From: the human T2T-CHM13v2.0 reference genome, Homo sapiens
NCBI RefSeq assembly: GCF_009914755.1
Contig: NC_060926.1
DNA length: 64,000 nucleotides
Reading direction: 5' to 3' (one strand)
Part shown: one piece after another, positions 42,101 through 53,480 of the stretch
How positions within the stretch are numbered: the first letter of the stretch is position 1
Layout: the number at the start of each line of letters is the position of its first letter
Program-made: the position numbers and the translations under genes
The notes under the pieces: model-generated
Database searches by the model: none
Told to the model about the DNA's origin: nothing
What the model saw: the letters and a program-made list of their open reading frames with translations, nothing else

Positions 42101-44549
42101 TAGGGATTACAAGTAAAACACCTTCAGGTGACGGGCAGTAAATGCAAGCATTTGCTCCAAGGCAAGACACCAGACTTGCCATTAGACTGCAGATAGCTGG
42201 AAATGCTGTCCTTCACTCAAAGACATTTATATTAAAAGCTTTGAATTTGATCTGTGATTTGACAATTTGAAATCTCAATGGATTATTGAGGTGATTCTTC
42301 AAGCATATTTTTCATATTCAGTTAAGTAAATGATGAAATATTATTTAGTTAAAAGCAGAGTGAGCTGATGATCTCTAGTGGATGTGGAATGTTATAATGG
42401 AATAATTGGATCAGTCTGGTCTTCTGGTATTGGAACATCATTTCCCCAATCTGTCAAGTTCTCCCCTTCTTCCTACACCCACAGAAGCACAGATTTTGGT
42501 TATTACACTGGGACGTCTCCAACTGTCCAAGAACATTCCATGTCCTTCTTGTCTTTATGGATAGAGGATGATGGATGATACCCCTGCCCCAACATATACA
42601 TCATGGATATTAGACATGTTGAAATGCACAGAAGTTATATTCTGTTGAGTTTCTGCCTAAACCTGGAATTTGGTTGGCTCTGCTTCCTGGTTGCCTGTGA
42701 TACTCAGTCTTCAGCTGGTCTGCAGTGTCAGGTTCTTAGTGATCACTATTCATCTCATCAATAATTATTATATGAATGGCATGTTGTATATACCATAAAA
42801 ACACACTTAATGTGTTTTTTGCTACTAGATTCTCAAATATTCTTGACTATTTATATGAGTAAATGTGAATTAGTTTTAGGAAAAATTTGATTCCTGAAGG
42901 AATCTGTAAGCTTCTTTTTGTTAAAAATATTTTTTAAAAAACTCTATAGCCCATTATTTGCCTTTTTGCCTTAGCTCTCAAGGAACCAAATCTAAACCTA
43001 GTATCTGATTGTAATAGACTTATCTGTGCATTTTCTTTTCCTGGTTTCTGTTCACTTCCGCCCCTGGATAATTAAGAGGGTAAGATAATTTACTTACTAA
43101 CACATAAATGGGATTTTTTTTGAAATCTGGCATTGCTTAGAAGAAGGGAATCCACAATTAGTAAGTTTTCATGGGGCAGTGAAAAATATGAAACACCTGG
43201 AGCTTGATTTGATAAGGGAATACAAGAATAAACACCTCTCTTTCTCTTTTGTGTGTGTGTGTACGTGTGTGTGTATGTATGTGTGATTTACATTATAAAA
43301 TCAAGGAGCATCTGAGATAGAAAAATGTAGCTGAGAAAGCCAAAAGGAAAATGCTGTAGGAAAACAGATTAGCATTGTGAAGTCCTAGAAGCATTTTTTG
43401 AACACTATCATGGATTGTGCTTTGTGCTGATGAAACAATAAAACACAGAAACGCATTGCCAAATCCAGACCGAAAAAGTGACAAGATCATTGGACTGGTA
43501 CTTAGGGTGCCTGGTTTTGAAATCTGGTTTGGTCACTAATGAACAGAGAGAGCATCTTTGAAAAAAAATCACACTCTAGGTTTCCATTTGGATGCTCTCT
43601 ACACCCCCTTCTAGTTTTCACATCATGAGTCACTTAAAAATGCTTCCATATTGCATAAATATTGGCAACAGCATTGTTACTCCCCAGCATGTGCCTGGGC
43701 ACAGCTCTGAGCAATAGAGAATAATAGGTCAGAACTAATTCCTTGACCTGATCTATTCTGACCTCCTCTGAATTCCACGTCCTAGAAATTTTTATATTTA
43801 TTCAAAGGCTGACTTTTCTGTTTGGTAATATTTCCCTTAGATTGTAGAGGACAACTACATGCTAGTATCTTTACTTTCCTGCTGAAATAGCCCATAGCAC
43901 AGTAGTTTGGGAATAGCTCTACTGAACTTATTGAAATAACTAAGTCCTAAGAGGCTCAGCTGCTCATCAGATGCAGACCCATAATGGCCAGGTGTCCTCA
44001 CTTTGGGGAAGTGACACCAGAGACCATCCTCTGGAACAACATGCAGTGGACCACATCAGGAGACTGGTCACACCTGTCACACCTTCACCACATGGTGCAT
44101 TGTCCTTCATCTTTCTAAGATGGGGTCACATCATTGATCCACTGTTGCTTAGAAGCCTCTTTCCTTTCACCCCACAGAGTGGAACACCCCCTGTGTTTCC
44201 CTGATTTCCTCATCCCTCCTCCTCCAGGAATGCTGTTAAAATAGAAATTTCAGCTGAGTCACTTTCCAAAGTGAGGTGTGAGACCAAGAGGGTGTGTGTT
44301 TCTAAGCAGCTGGCTAAAAGATGGTGAATGAACTCTGAATATACTCACCCACACTAGAGACATAAAGGGATCAATAAGCATATACTAGATGGGACACATT
44401 TTTGGAGAAAGCTGTTGGTGGCCTGTGCCATCCCCTTTTCATTATCAAAAGGAAATAGGCCTTGATAGAAGTGCAAGGAGAGAACTGGAAAAATTCCCGA
44501 CCTGCCAGCGGGGAACACAGAGAAATAGGGTTTACTTCAGGCTGAGGGC

Positions 44550-44887
44550 CCTTGTCGGTTCAGGTATTATAACAAAATAGCATACACTGGAAGTCCTAAA
44601 CAACAGAAATGTGTTTCTCACAGTTCTGGAGGCTGGAAGTCCAAGATCATGGTGCTAGCATGGTCGGGTTCTGATGAGGGCCTTTTTCCGGAGTTGCAGG
44701 TGGCTAACTCCTTACTGTATCCTCACCTTGCAGAAAGAAAGCTAGTTTGCTCTGTAGTTTCTGCTTATAAAGGCACTATTCCCATTCATGAAGACTCCAC
44801 TCTCATGACTTAATTAGCCCCCAAGGGCTCCACCTCTAAATATCATCACATTGGAATTAGGGTTTCCACATACTAATTTTGGGGGTA
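44550..44887 (-). mobile_element. MLT1A/MLT1A0-like solo LTR
   Basis: aaacaacagaaat...tctcacagttctggaggctggaagtccaagatca...ggcactattcccattcatga...catcacattgg..ttagggtttc. Confidence 0.85.
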
Positions 44888-45489
44888 TTGTACTGAGAGA
44901 CTCTAAAGAGCAAGAAGCCGGCTGCACCTGCTTCCACATTGATTCGGTGAAAAGCTGGCTGCATTAGGATTGGCCTACACTGCCAGAGTTTGTCAGTAAA
45001 AAAGAGTGGTATTTTCTGTGAGTTGAGAGGTTTGGTGTGGAATGATCCAAGGTCCTGTTCAAGAGGGCTGTTTGGAGAGTGGATAAACCTCAGTAGAAAT
45101 ATTGAGGTATTACTACATGGCCAGGGGCTGAGGCAGGGGTACCAGGTGAATGAGGATGAGATGCACTGGCCCTCAGTGAGAGAAACAAATCACTGATGAG
45201 AAAGCCAGCTGTGAGCACCCACGAAGCCCTGACAGCCCTTGTGCTGGGGCCGCGTCCCTGTGTAGTGAGCAAAGATGTTCCAATTTCCCCATTCTTTTCT
45301 CCCTTCCTCTACCTAACCCTGGAGACCAGTTAGTAAGTTGAGGGAACAGGATTTGAGGCTACCAAGTGGAAGAACAAAAGAGAAACTGAGTGCCTCCTCG
45401 TACCTGCTATACTCACCAAAGCCCCATACAGGGAAGGAGATGGGAGTCTTTATTTCCAAACAAAATGCAAGTTTTAACTCTTACATGGA

Positions 45490-45998
45490 ACTCTATGTAG
45501 AATCATTGCTCCCTGATCCCCCCACAGTTGCTCACATCCTAATCCCTGGAACCCATGAATATGTTACTTCATGTGGCAAAGGGGAATTAAGGTTGCAAAT
45601 GGAATTAAGATTTACTAATCAGCTGAATTTAAGGTCAGGACATGAGCCTGGATTTATCCAGGTGGGCCCAATGTAATCACAAGGGTCTTTATATGTGAAA
45701 GAGGGAGGCAGGAGAGTTAGAGTGATGCAAGGAGAGAAAGACTTCACTAGCCGTTGTTAGTCTTGGAGATAAAAAGGAGCTAGGAGCCAATGGGGGCAGC
45801 CTCTAGGAGTGGGAGAAGACAAGGGAACGAATTCTCTCCTGGAGCCTCCGGAAAAGAATATAGCACTGCTGACACCTTGATTTTAGCCCGGCGAGCCCCA
45901 TTTCAATCTTCTGACCTTCAGAAATGTAAGATAAATTTTGTGATGTCTGAAGCCATTAAAGTTGTAATTTTTAACAGTAGCAGTAGGAAATTAACACA
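45490..45998 (+). mobile_element. MLT1D solo LTR
   Basis: cacatcctaatccctggaacc..gaatatgttac..ggcaaaggggaattaaggttgca...ggtgggcccaatgtaatcacaaggg...gctgacaccttgattttagccc...agcagtaggaaattaacaca. Confidence 0.88.
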
Positions 45999-46429
45999 CT
46001 AAATAACTAAATCAAAACTGCATTACTTCAGAAGAAGCAGAAAAGTCATAGGTAGAGAAAGAATTAGCCTCAAGGAGTAACTTAAATGAAGAGAGGGAGA
46101 TCAAAAAATGAAGTCACTTTAAGAATATACAGCCCCAAGTGGTTTCTCAACCTAACAGTTACATATCTAAATCAGGTTATCTGTCCATATTTCTTTCTAG
46201 AAGCTCCCCACAAGGCCAACCTGGATCCTGTGTTTCTCTTAAGTGTGTTGTGCATTCTCTGGTTCTGAACAAAGGTCATGTCCAAAGTCCATATTCGGAA
46301 ACAGTTTTCATGGAGCTCTACTCATTTGCAGAGAGAGTCAGCTCTGTCAGGGTGATTGGTAGTTAGTGTGAGCCTCAGATGTTCTCAAGGATCCTCAAAA
46401 GAGAGTCTTAATGAGTGCTGCAGTCTTCT

Positions 46430-47400
46430 GTAGCAAGAGGATGGGAGCTGTGATGTGTTTGAGCAATAAAGTTGGAGATCCAAGTTGGGGTCAGACAGTG
46501 GAGGACTTCAGATACTGTAGAAAATAGATTGCATTTAATTTCAATAATTAGAATGTGTGTTGATAAACATTTGAACTGTGACCGTTGCATTGAAGGGGTT
46601 AGGAATAAAGCGGTTGGAGATATCTTGCTGTTAAAGGTGACGGGACTTTAATTGCCGAGTAGGAATCTTAGTTTTCTATCCTGGAGATTTTTGTCCCCGC
46701 CCAAATCTCATGTTGAATTGTAATCCCCAGTGTTGAAGAAGGGGCCTGGTGGGAGGTGATTGGATCATGGGGATGGTTTAGTACCATCCCCTTAGTGCTG
46801 CTTGTTTAAGTATGTAGCACCCAGCCCCCACTTCTTGCCAGCCACGTGAAGACGGCTTGCTTTCCCCCTCACCTTCCTCCGTGATGGTGAGTTCCCTGAG
46901 GTCTCCCCAGAAGCAGAGGCCCGTACAGCCTGCAAAACCATGAGCTGATTAAACCTCTTTTCTTTATAAATTACCCAGTCTCAGGTATGTCTTTGTAGCA
47001 GCGTGAGAATAGACTAATACAATATGTCATTAGCTGATAGTGACACTGAGCAGGAGAAGACGGGGTCCTGTGGTGCATATGTTTTGTGGAATTCATGCAT
47101 TTGGGGTGATTGTGCACTGCTCAATTGGAGCTATCAACCAACTCAGAAAATTACATAAAGGTAAGAGTGAGAAGCCAGAGTCTGGGATAATGAGTTGTGT
47201 ATTTTCAACCCAGTAATGAAAATAGGGTCAGGGTGAATGAGATCATCTAACAAGGAAGTATTGAATAGGTGCCATACCTGTGTATTAGAGGAAAACATTT
47301 ATTTAATGAAAAAAACCACTTGTAGCAATCTTGAACATGTCAAGCAGCCTCAGTGGGAGAGCAGAATTCAAATACATGGGTGAGCAGAAAGGAAAGTGAA
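46430..47400 (-). mobile_element. L2 fragments flanking an MSTA insertion
   Basis: aagttggag..gtcagacagtggaggac...aggaatcttagttttcta | LTR | gtcattagctga...gggtgaatgagatc. Confidence 0.5.
46687..47021 (+). mobile_element. MSTA-like LTR lacking its first ~13 bp
   Basis: tgtccccgcccaaatctcatgttgaattgtaatcccc...gattggatcatgggg...aaacctcttttctttataaattacccagtctcagg...gactaataca. Confidence 0.9.
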
Positions 47401-47839
47401 GTTGTAAATGCAACAAAGGCTGAGTAAATATGAAGTCGGTCCCGGTGCATGGAGAGAGGCAACTTTTCATAGAATAAAAAAAGATGTCTATGAGCTGTAA
47501 ATTGAGAGAAGAAACTCCGTATGAATGACTGGGGCACTGGAAAGAGAAGCAAAAGGAGGAAAATGTTAGTGATTTGGTGATAATGTTAGGCCTGCGTGAA
47601 GAGAAAGTTATAAGGTAGATGGAAAGAGGAAGATAGGCTACGACAATTCCTACTGCTGATATTAAACCTAAATAACAGTATTTATGCCACCATGGGGTCT
47701 TTTCTATTGCAGTCCTGAGTGAATGATGGGGCTGGGCTCTACAGCGAGCTCGGCTCCCCTGTTGTAAGGGTGTAAGTGGTACATGGACATGCAGCCAGCA
47801 GCTTGCACACAGGAGGGGCTGGCGTCTGTTGTGTTCTCA

Positions 47840-48410
47840 GTATATTTCATGCTAAGGTTAATACAGAAGAGGCAGGAGATGGTCCCTGACTTTGAAAAGT
47901 TGATAATGGGGAAGGCAAGTCTTCACAGAGGACAACGTTTTAATATAACCAATCTTGATACAAATTCTTTACACTAATGTGGTAAGATTTCAGAGTAAGG
48001 GAAGATTACGTTGCCATACTTAGGGGAAATTGGTTGAGGAAGGCTTCCTAGATGATGTGAGGCATGACTTTGACCTTAGGATAGGCAGAGGTAGAAGGGT
48101 GAATCATATAAGCAAAAGCATAGCATAAGACTTTTTGCTCTTGGCGCTGAGGAGTTGTCATACCTGCCTGTGTAGTCCTGACAAAAGCATAGCTGCTGAT
48201 GGGGATGACAGGCCTTCAGGAGATGTCCTGCAGGGAAATAGCTGGGGAGAGGGACTGTGGCACAGTGGGAGGAGCACTGGTTTGGGAGACAGACCATTGA
48301 ATATTCCTGGCTCTGAACCTGACCATTTAGGTGATCAGGGGAGATGTACTTCACCTCCAAGTGTTCTCATCTGTAAATTAGGGGTTAGAAGAGGTACCTC
48401 ATAAGATAGT
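47840..48410. mobile_element. L2 (-) fragment followed by MIR (+) fragment
   Basis: ggaaggcttcctagatgatgtga..ttgacctt (L2); ttctcatctgtaaattagggg..gtacctcata (MIR). Confidence 0.55.
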
Positions 48411-49064
48411 ATCTTGTATATCCTCCTCCACATTCCTTGTTCTCTTACCTTGAATATATAATAGTGGGTGTACGCTTTCCTTTTCAGAAGAATCTGACTC
48501 CGCCTACCTGCTCTTTCTCATTTTCTTCTGATTCATCTTCCAAACAGGTGTGCAAGTGCTCTTTAGGTGACATTTGCCCAGTGGTCACTCACCTGCTTAA
48601 AGTTCTGCCCATTGCCTACAGGTGAAAGTTGTTATAACATCTTTGGTGCTGACTTCCATCCCAGCCATATTTTCTGCTGACTCCCCTCTTGCAGACTAGT
48701 CACGTTGAACTACTTGCCAATCTCCAAATACCCCAGTCTCTTTGGCCATGGCTCACATTCTTTCTTCTTCCCTAGAATAGTCTCCCTATGCCACTAGCCC
48801 CTAATTTTTGCCATTACCTCCTTCCCCATCTTAGGGTCTGCCTTGTTGTAAGCCTAGGGACCTGTGTATCTTTGAAGCTTTTCCTAAACAACTGCCCTCA
48901 TACATGCTCTCTCACACACAAAAAAATGCTCTCCACCCACTTGGTGGTCCCACTCTGACAAGCATAGATCTCTACTGTAGCACGTTTGTATTTGACTTCA
49001 TTCGCTCTTTTATGGTCTGTATTATCTCATTAGATGTCTCCCCCTTGCCACCCCCACCTCATAC

Positions 49065-49180
49065 TTTTAAGTTTTTATTTACATAGGTTTTTGGGGAACA
49101 GGTGGTATTTGGTTACATGAGTAAGTTCTTTAGTAGTGATTTGTGAGATTTTGGTGCACCCATCACTGAGCAGTATACAC
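49065..49180 (-). mobile_element. Very short L1PB1-like 3' end (~115 bp)
   Basis: ataggtttttggggaacaggtggtatttggttacatgagtaagttctttagtagtgatttgtgagattttggtgcacccatcactgagcagtatacac. Confidence 0.88.
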
Positions 49181-49989
49181 TTTTTTTTTTGTATGACTTC
49201 CAGAAGCTTATGTGGTGATTAATTAAATGTGGTGAGTGAGTGAATGAAGCAGAAGACAAGCAATGTCTTCTCACTCTTTCCTCCTCTGGTAGTTCCTGTT
49301 TGTGCTGGGGCAGGATTGCACAGCTAGAGTTTTTTTTTTTTAATAGCAATTTTTGCTACCCTGCCTCCCCAACACACACAGTCTCAGGAGCCCTCCTCTG
49401 CCTGGTTGGATGGGCTCAGTGTGCTCAAGAGAGAATCCTTGCCTGGCAGCTGGAGTCTCATAGGGCAGGTCCCGGAAGTCTTTGGGGCCTCTTTCAATCT
49501 GAATGATCTGGATTTCCCCTTCTGTGTTGGTGATGCCCTCCCCAGTGACTGTGAAGTAAGGGAGAAATAACTACTCTGGTCAAGTTCAGCGACTCTGAAT
49601 CTGATTTGGCTTGTATCTGGGTAACTCTCAGGAGCAGGACTGGCCTCAGGCAAAAAAACAAACAACAACAAAAACCCTGAATTCAGCTAAGCCTGACTTT
49701 CCAATTTCCCCCTCACCCATCTGCTCTCTACCCTCAATATCAAATGTTTGCTTTTGTTTTCTCTCCTATCGTAGCCTGTCCCTTGGAAAATGTATTTTAT
49801 GCTAGGGTTTTTCTGGAGGGGCCTTGATCACACTCATCATGTCAGCTTTTCCTAAGCCCCTCTTAAGAGAGTGACTGTAACTTGAAGTTGAAAAGCTGCC
49901 TCATTGGTGCTCCATGATCTGTAAGGATAATGACTACCTTACGCGCTGGCAGGATTGCATAAGGTGCAATACGTGTGCCTGGGACCTGC

Positions 49990-50210
49990 AAACAGACTCC
50001 AGGTTCAAACATTGGCTCTGCCACTTATTAGCTGTATGATCTGGGCAAGCTATTAGGTTGGTTCAAAAGTAATTTCATTTTTTGCCATTGAAAGTAATGT
50101 CAAAAACCACAGTTACTTTTGCACCAACCTAATACTCTCTTAGCTTCTGGTTATTCATCTGAAAAATAAAAAAATCTGTTTAATGTTTGTGGTGAGCAAT
50201 AAATGAGCAT
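49990..50210 (+). mobile_element. MIR interrupted by MADE1
   Basis: ggttcaaac..ggctctgccacttattagctgtatgatctgggcaag | MADE1 | ctctcttagcttc..ttcatctgaaaaat. Confidence 0.75.
50053..50132. mobile_element. MADE1 (80-bp Hsmar1-derived mariner MITE)
   Basis: ttaggttggttcaaaagtaat...ttacttttgcaccaacctaa long inverted repeats, 80 bp, TA TSD on both sides. Confidence 0.95.
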
Positions 50211-50330
50211 CATATAGGGATCTCTAGAATGTGCTTTGAAGTTAGGCCACTATAGTTCAAACCTGCATTTTCTCCTTACTCTGGTATGACCTCAGTAAAT
50301 CTACTGAACTTCTCTGTGCCTCGATTTTCT

Positions 50331-50799
<469 letters not shown>

Positions 50800-51459
50800 T
50801 GATAATGACAGTACCTTCTTCGTGTGGTGTTCTGAGGATAAAACAAAAAAAGATAGAGCTTATAAAAAAGTGTTTGCACAGTTAAAACTCACACATTCCA
50901 ACTCTTGCGTCATTTCAGGTGCTGTGAGAATTGAATAAAATAATATTAGAACTTTTGAAAGTACCTTAAGCACTGCATAGGTATCCAGGATTTCCTTGAA
51001 TGCAAACTTCTCTAAGAATCCTGCAAGAACTATGGAGTTTTAAAAAAAATCCTTTTGTCACCCTTCTAACATTTTTTGAAATTTGGGAGGTAGTAGAATA
51101 TGGTCATTGTACAAATTGTCTATGGACATGTCTGCATTTCAGGGGAAAAAATTTGAGCACTATGACACAGTTGATGGCACCACCCTGAGTGCTCAGGAGA
51201 ATGTGCTTTTTGTGTCAAAACACAAGGTCTCACTCTTACCCAGAATATTCATGAAAGATGATAGTAATTAGGACTTTCTAATTAAAAGTGTCAGAAAAAA
51301 TTCTCAGATAACTCACTTTCATAGAGTTGTAAGAAGTGATGACATGAGGATAATTTTTTAAAAAGAAAGCAAAGCAAGTGTAGTATGGGGGAATTCCTGT
51401 TGGCTGGACTTTAGAAAACAGGGCACTATTTGTCAAAAAGTGAAGCGTTTGTGGTAGGC

Positions 51460-51620
51460 CTGTGAGTCTCAGACTTGAGCATGCTTTGGAGCCACCAGAA
51501 GGGCTAAAAACACAGATGACTGGGCCCCACCCCCATAGTTTCTGATTTCTGTGTATCCGGGGTGAGGCCTGAGAATTCGCATGCCTGATAAGTTCCCAGG
51601 TGATGCTGATGCTGCTGGAC
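51460..51620. mobile_element. MER5A (hAT-Charlie)
   Basis: aaaacacagatgactgggccccacccc..gtttctgatt..ggcctgagaatt.gcat..taagttcccaggtgatgctgatgctgctgg. Confidence 0.85.
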
Positions 51621-51634
51621 TTGTGTTAGATCAG

Positions 51635-52140
51635 TTTTACCTGAAATCTGCTTTATCTTAAGTGGCAGCTGGGGAGTCTTTTAGAAACAGGAATTGTCAG
51701 GCCCATTGCAGAGCTCTGGAATCAGAATCTTCTGGTGAAATGTAGGTTTAGCAAGCACACCAGGTGATTCTTATGATGGGGCAAAGTTGGGAGTCATTGG
51801 GAGAGAGAGGACATCTCTGAGGCCTCTCCCTGGTTGGCCTCTATAAAGGAGAAAGCAAAGCTGATGGACCCAGACCAATGCCTTAGAAGAGAAAGAGGCA
51901 CTCATTTACCTGGAAATACTCTAACTGAATTTAAAGTAAATTTAAATGAAATTTCAAATAGGGAGACAGTTCTCCACCAGGGCTGCATATTAGGATTAGC
52001 TGGAGAGGCTTAAAATGCCCACGTCTTGTCCATACACAAGGGCGAGTACATCAGAATTTATGAGTGTGGGTCCCAGGCATCAATATCTTTAATATTTCTC
52101 AGACATTTTCAGTGTGCATCCAAATTTATGAATAACAGAA
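51635..52140. mobile_element. Two further MER5-family relics (~51635-51800 and ~51965-52140)
   Basis: gaatcagaatct...agcaagcacaccaggtgattcttatg; ggctgcatattagga..gctggaga..catcagaat..gggtcccaggcatc. Confidence 0.55.
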
Positions 52141-52311
52141 ATATGGAAGCTTGTAACTTGGTCTCCATTTTGCAGCAAATTAGCTGCATGACCAAGGGAA
52201 AATTTTCTTATAGAATCAATTCTTCTTGGTAAATGGATGGAGATGTGGGGCACATGAGAAAGGAAATGAGAGTTTGTTTGGAATAGATCAGTGGTTCTCA
52301 ACCTTAGCTGT

Positions 52312-52625
52312 ATTTTTGTTGTTGTTGTTTGTTCGTTTGTTTTGAGATGGAGTCTCGCTCAGTCGCCTAGGCTGGAGTACAGTGGCGTGATCTTGGCTCA
52401 CTGCAACCTCTGCCTCCTGGGGTTCAAGCAATTCTCCTGCCTCAGCCTCCTGAGTAGCTGGGACTACAGGCACTCACCACCATGCCTGGCTAATTTTTTG
52501 TATTTTTAGTAGGGATGGGGTTTCACCGTGTTAGTCAGGATGGTCTTGATCTCCTGATCTCGTGATCTGCCTGCCTCAGCCTCCCAAAGTGCTGGGATTA
52601 CAGGCGTGAGCCACCGTGCCCAGCC
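52312..52625 (-). mobile_element. AluSc8/Sc-like SINE with (GTT)n-type tail, inserted in a shortened MER5 (52289-52705)
   Basis: ttcaccgtgttagtcaggatggtcttgatctcctga; flanks cagtggttctcaaccttagctgta | cttagccatacatttctaacaag. Confidence 0.94.
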
Positions 52626-52807
52626 CTTAGCCATACATTTCTAACAAGCCCCCAGGTATTGCCCTTGCTACTGGCCTGTGGACAATGCTCTGGGTACCAA
52701 AGCTGCCGTCCAAACTGTCTCACACTGAAATGTGAGCCCAACTCCACACTTCAGGCATGATCATGAATCTCATGGGTTCTACCACATAGAAGGTGCAACC
52801 CCCACCA

Positions 52808-52845
52808 AAAAAATAAATAAATAAATAAATAAAAATAAAAATAAA
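52808..52845. repeat. (AAAT)n tract
   Basis: aataaataaataaataaataaaaataaaaataaa. Confidence 0.85.
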
Positions 52846-53287
52846 TTACTCATTCCAGAGAGGGCTTTTTTCTTCAAAGTAGACCCTTTGGGAGTTTTTG
52901 CCCAGATTGGAGGGCTGCTGCCTCTGACATGTTTTTACACTGATTCTTCGTGAGTCTCTAACATATTCTTTGGAACATTCTCAAACTTTGTAGCTCTTCA
53001 GTCCCTGAGGACAGATTAGACTTTTGGAAAAGCTGTATCTGGTGGAATAATGAATGGTGACATAGGGGTTATGTAAACATAAATAAACAAGTATTAAGAG
53101 ATGAGAAATAAAAAGATCCTTCTCTTTGAAGAACACAACCAGAAAGGAACTTGGGAAATACGAGCAGAGATGGCTTCCTTGATCAGTGGCAAAGATTGCT
53201 GGGATTGGAGCATCTGGGGCAACTCATGTCCTGGTGGGCAGGCAGACAAACACCAGAGTAGTTTTTATAGGTATACCATCATACTTT

Positions 53288-53480
53288 GGGGTCAGCCAAC
53301 TTTTATTGGTAAGAATAGTAACTATTTTCAGATTTGTAGGCCACATGGAGTCTCACAGATTTTTCTGTATGTAGGTGTTTTAACCGCCCTTTATAAGTGT
53401 AAAACCATTCTTAGCTTTAAAACCATACAAAAACGAGCCACTGGCTATATTTGGCCCATAGACATAGATTGTTACTCATA
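53288..53480 (+). mobile_element. MER58C-like hAT fossil
   Basis: ggggtcagccaact...atagtaactattttcag..tgtaggcca...tgtaaaaccattcttagc..ccatacaaaaac..atttggccc. Confidence 0.7.

Noticed and set aside
44888-45490. Possible additional LTR between the MLT1A and MLT1D elements
   Set aside because: The composition is LTR-like, but I could not match a family or find termini.
50053-50132. Long hairpin as a novel miRNA or ncRNA
   Set aside because: It is fully explained by MADE1 terminal inverted repeats. The miR-548 family derives from MADE1, but there is no evidence of expression for this copy.
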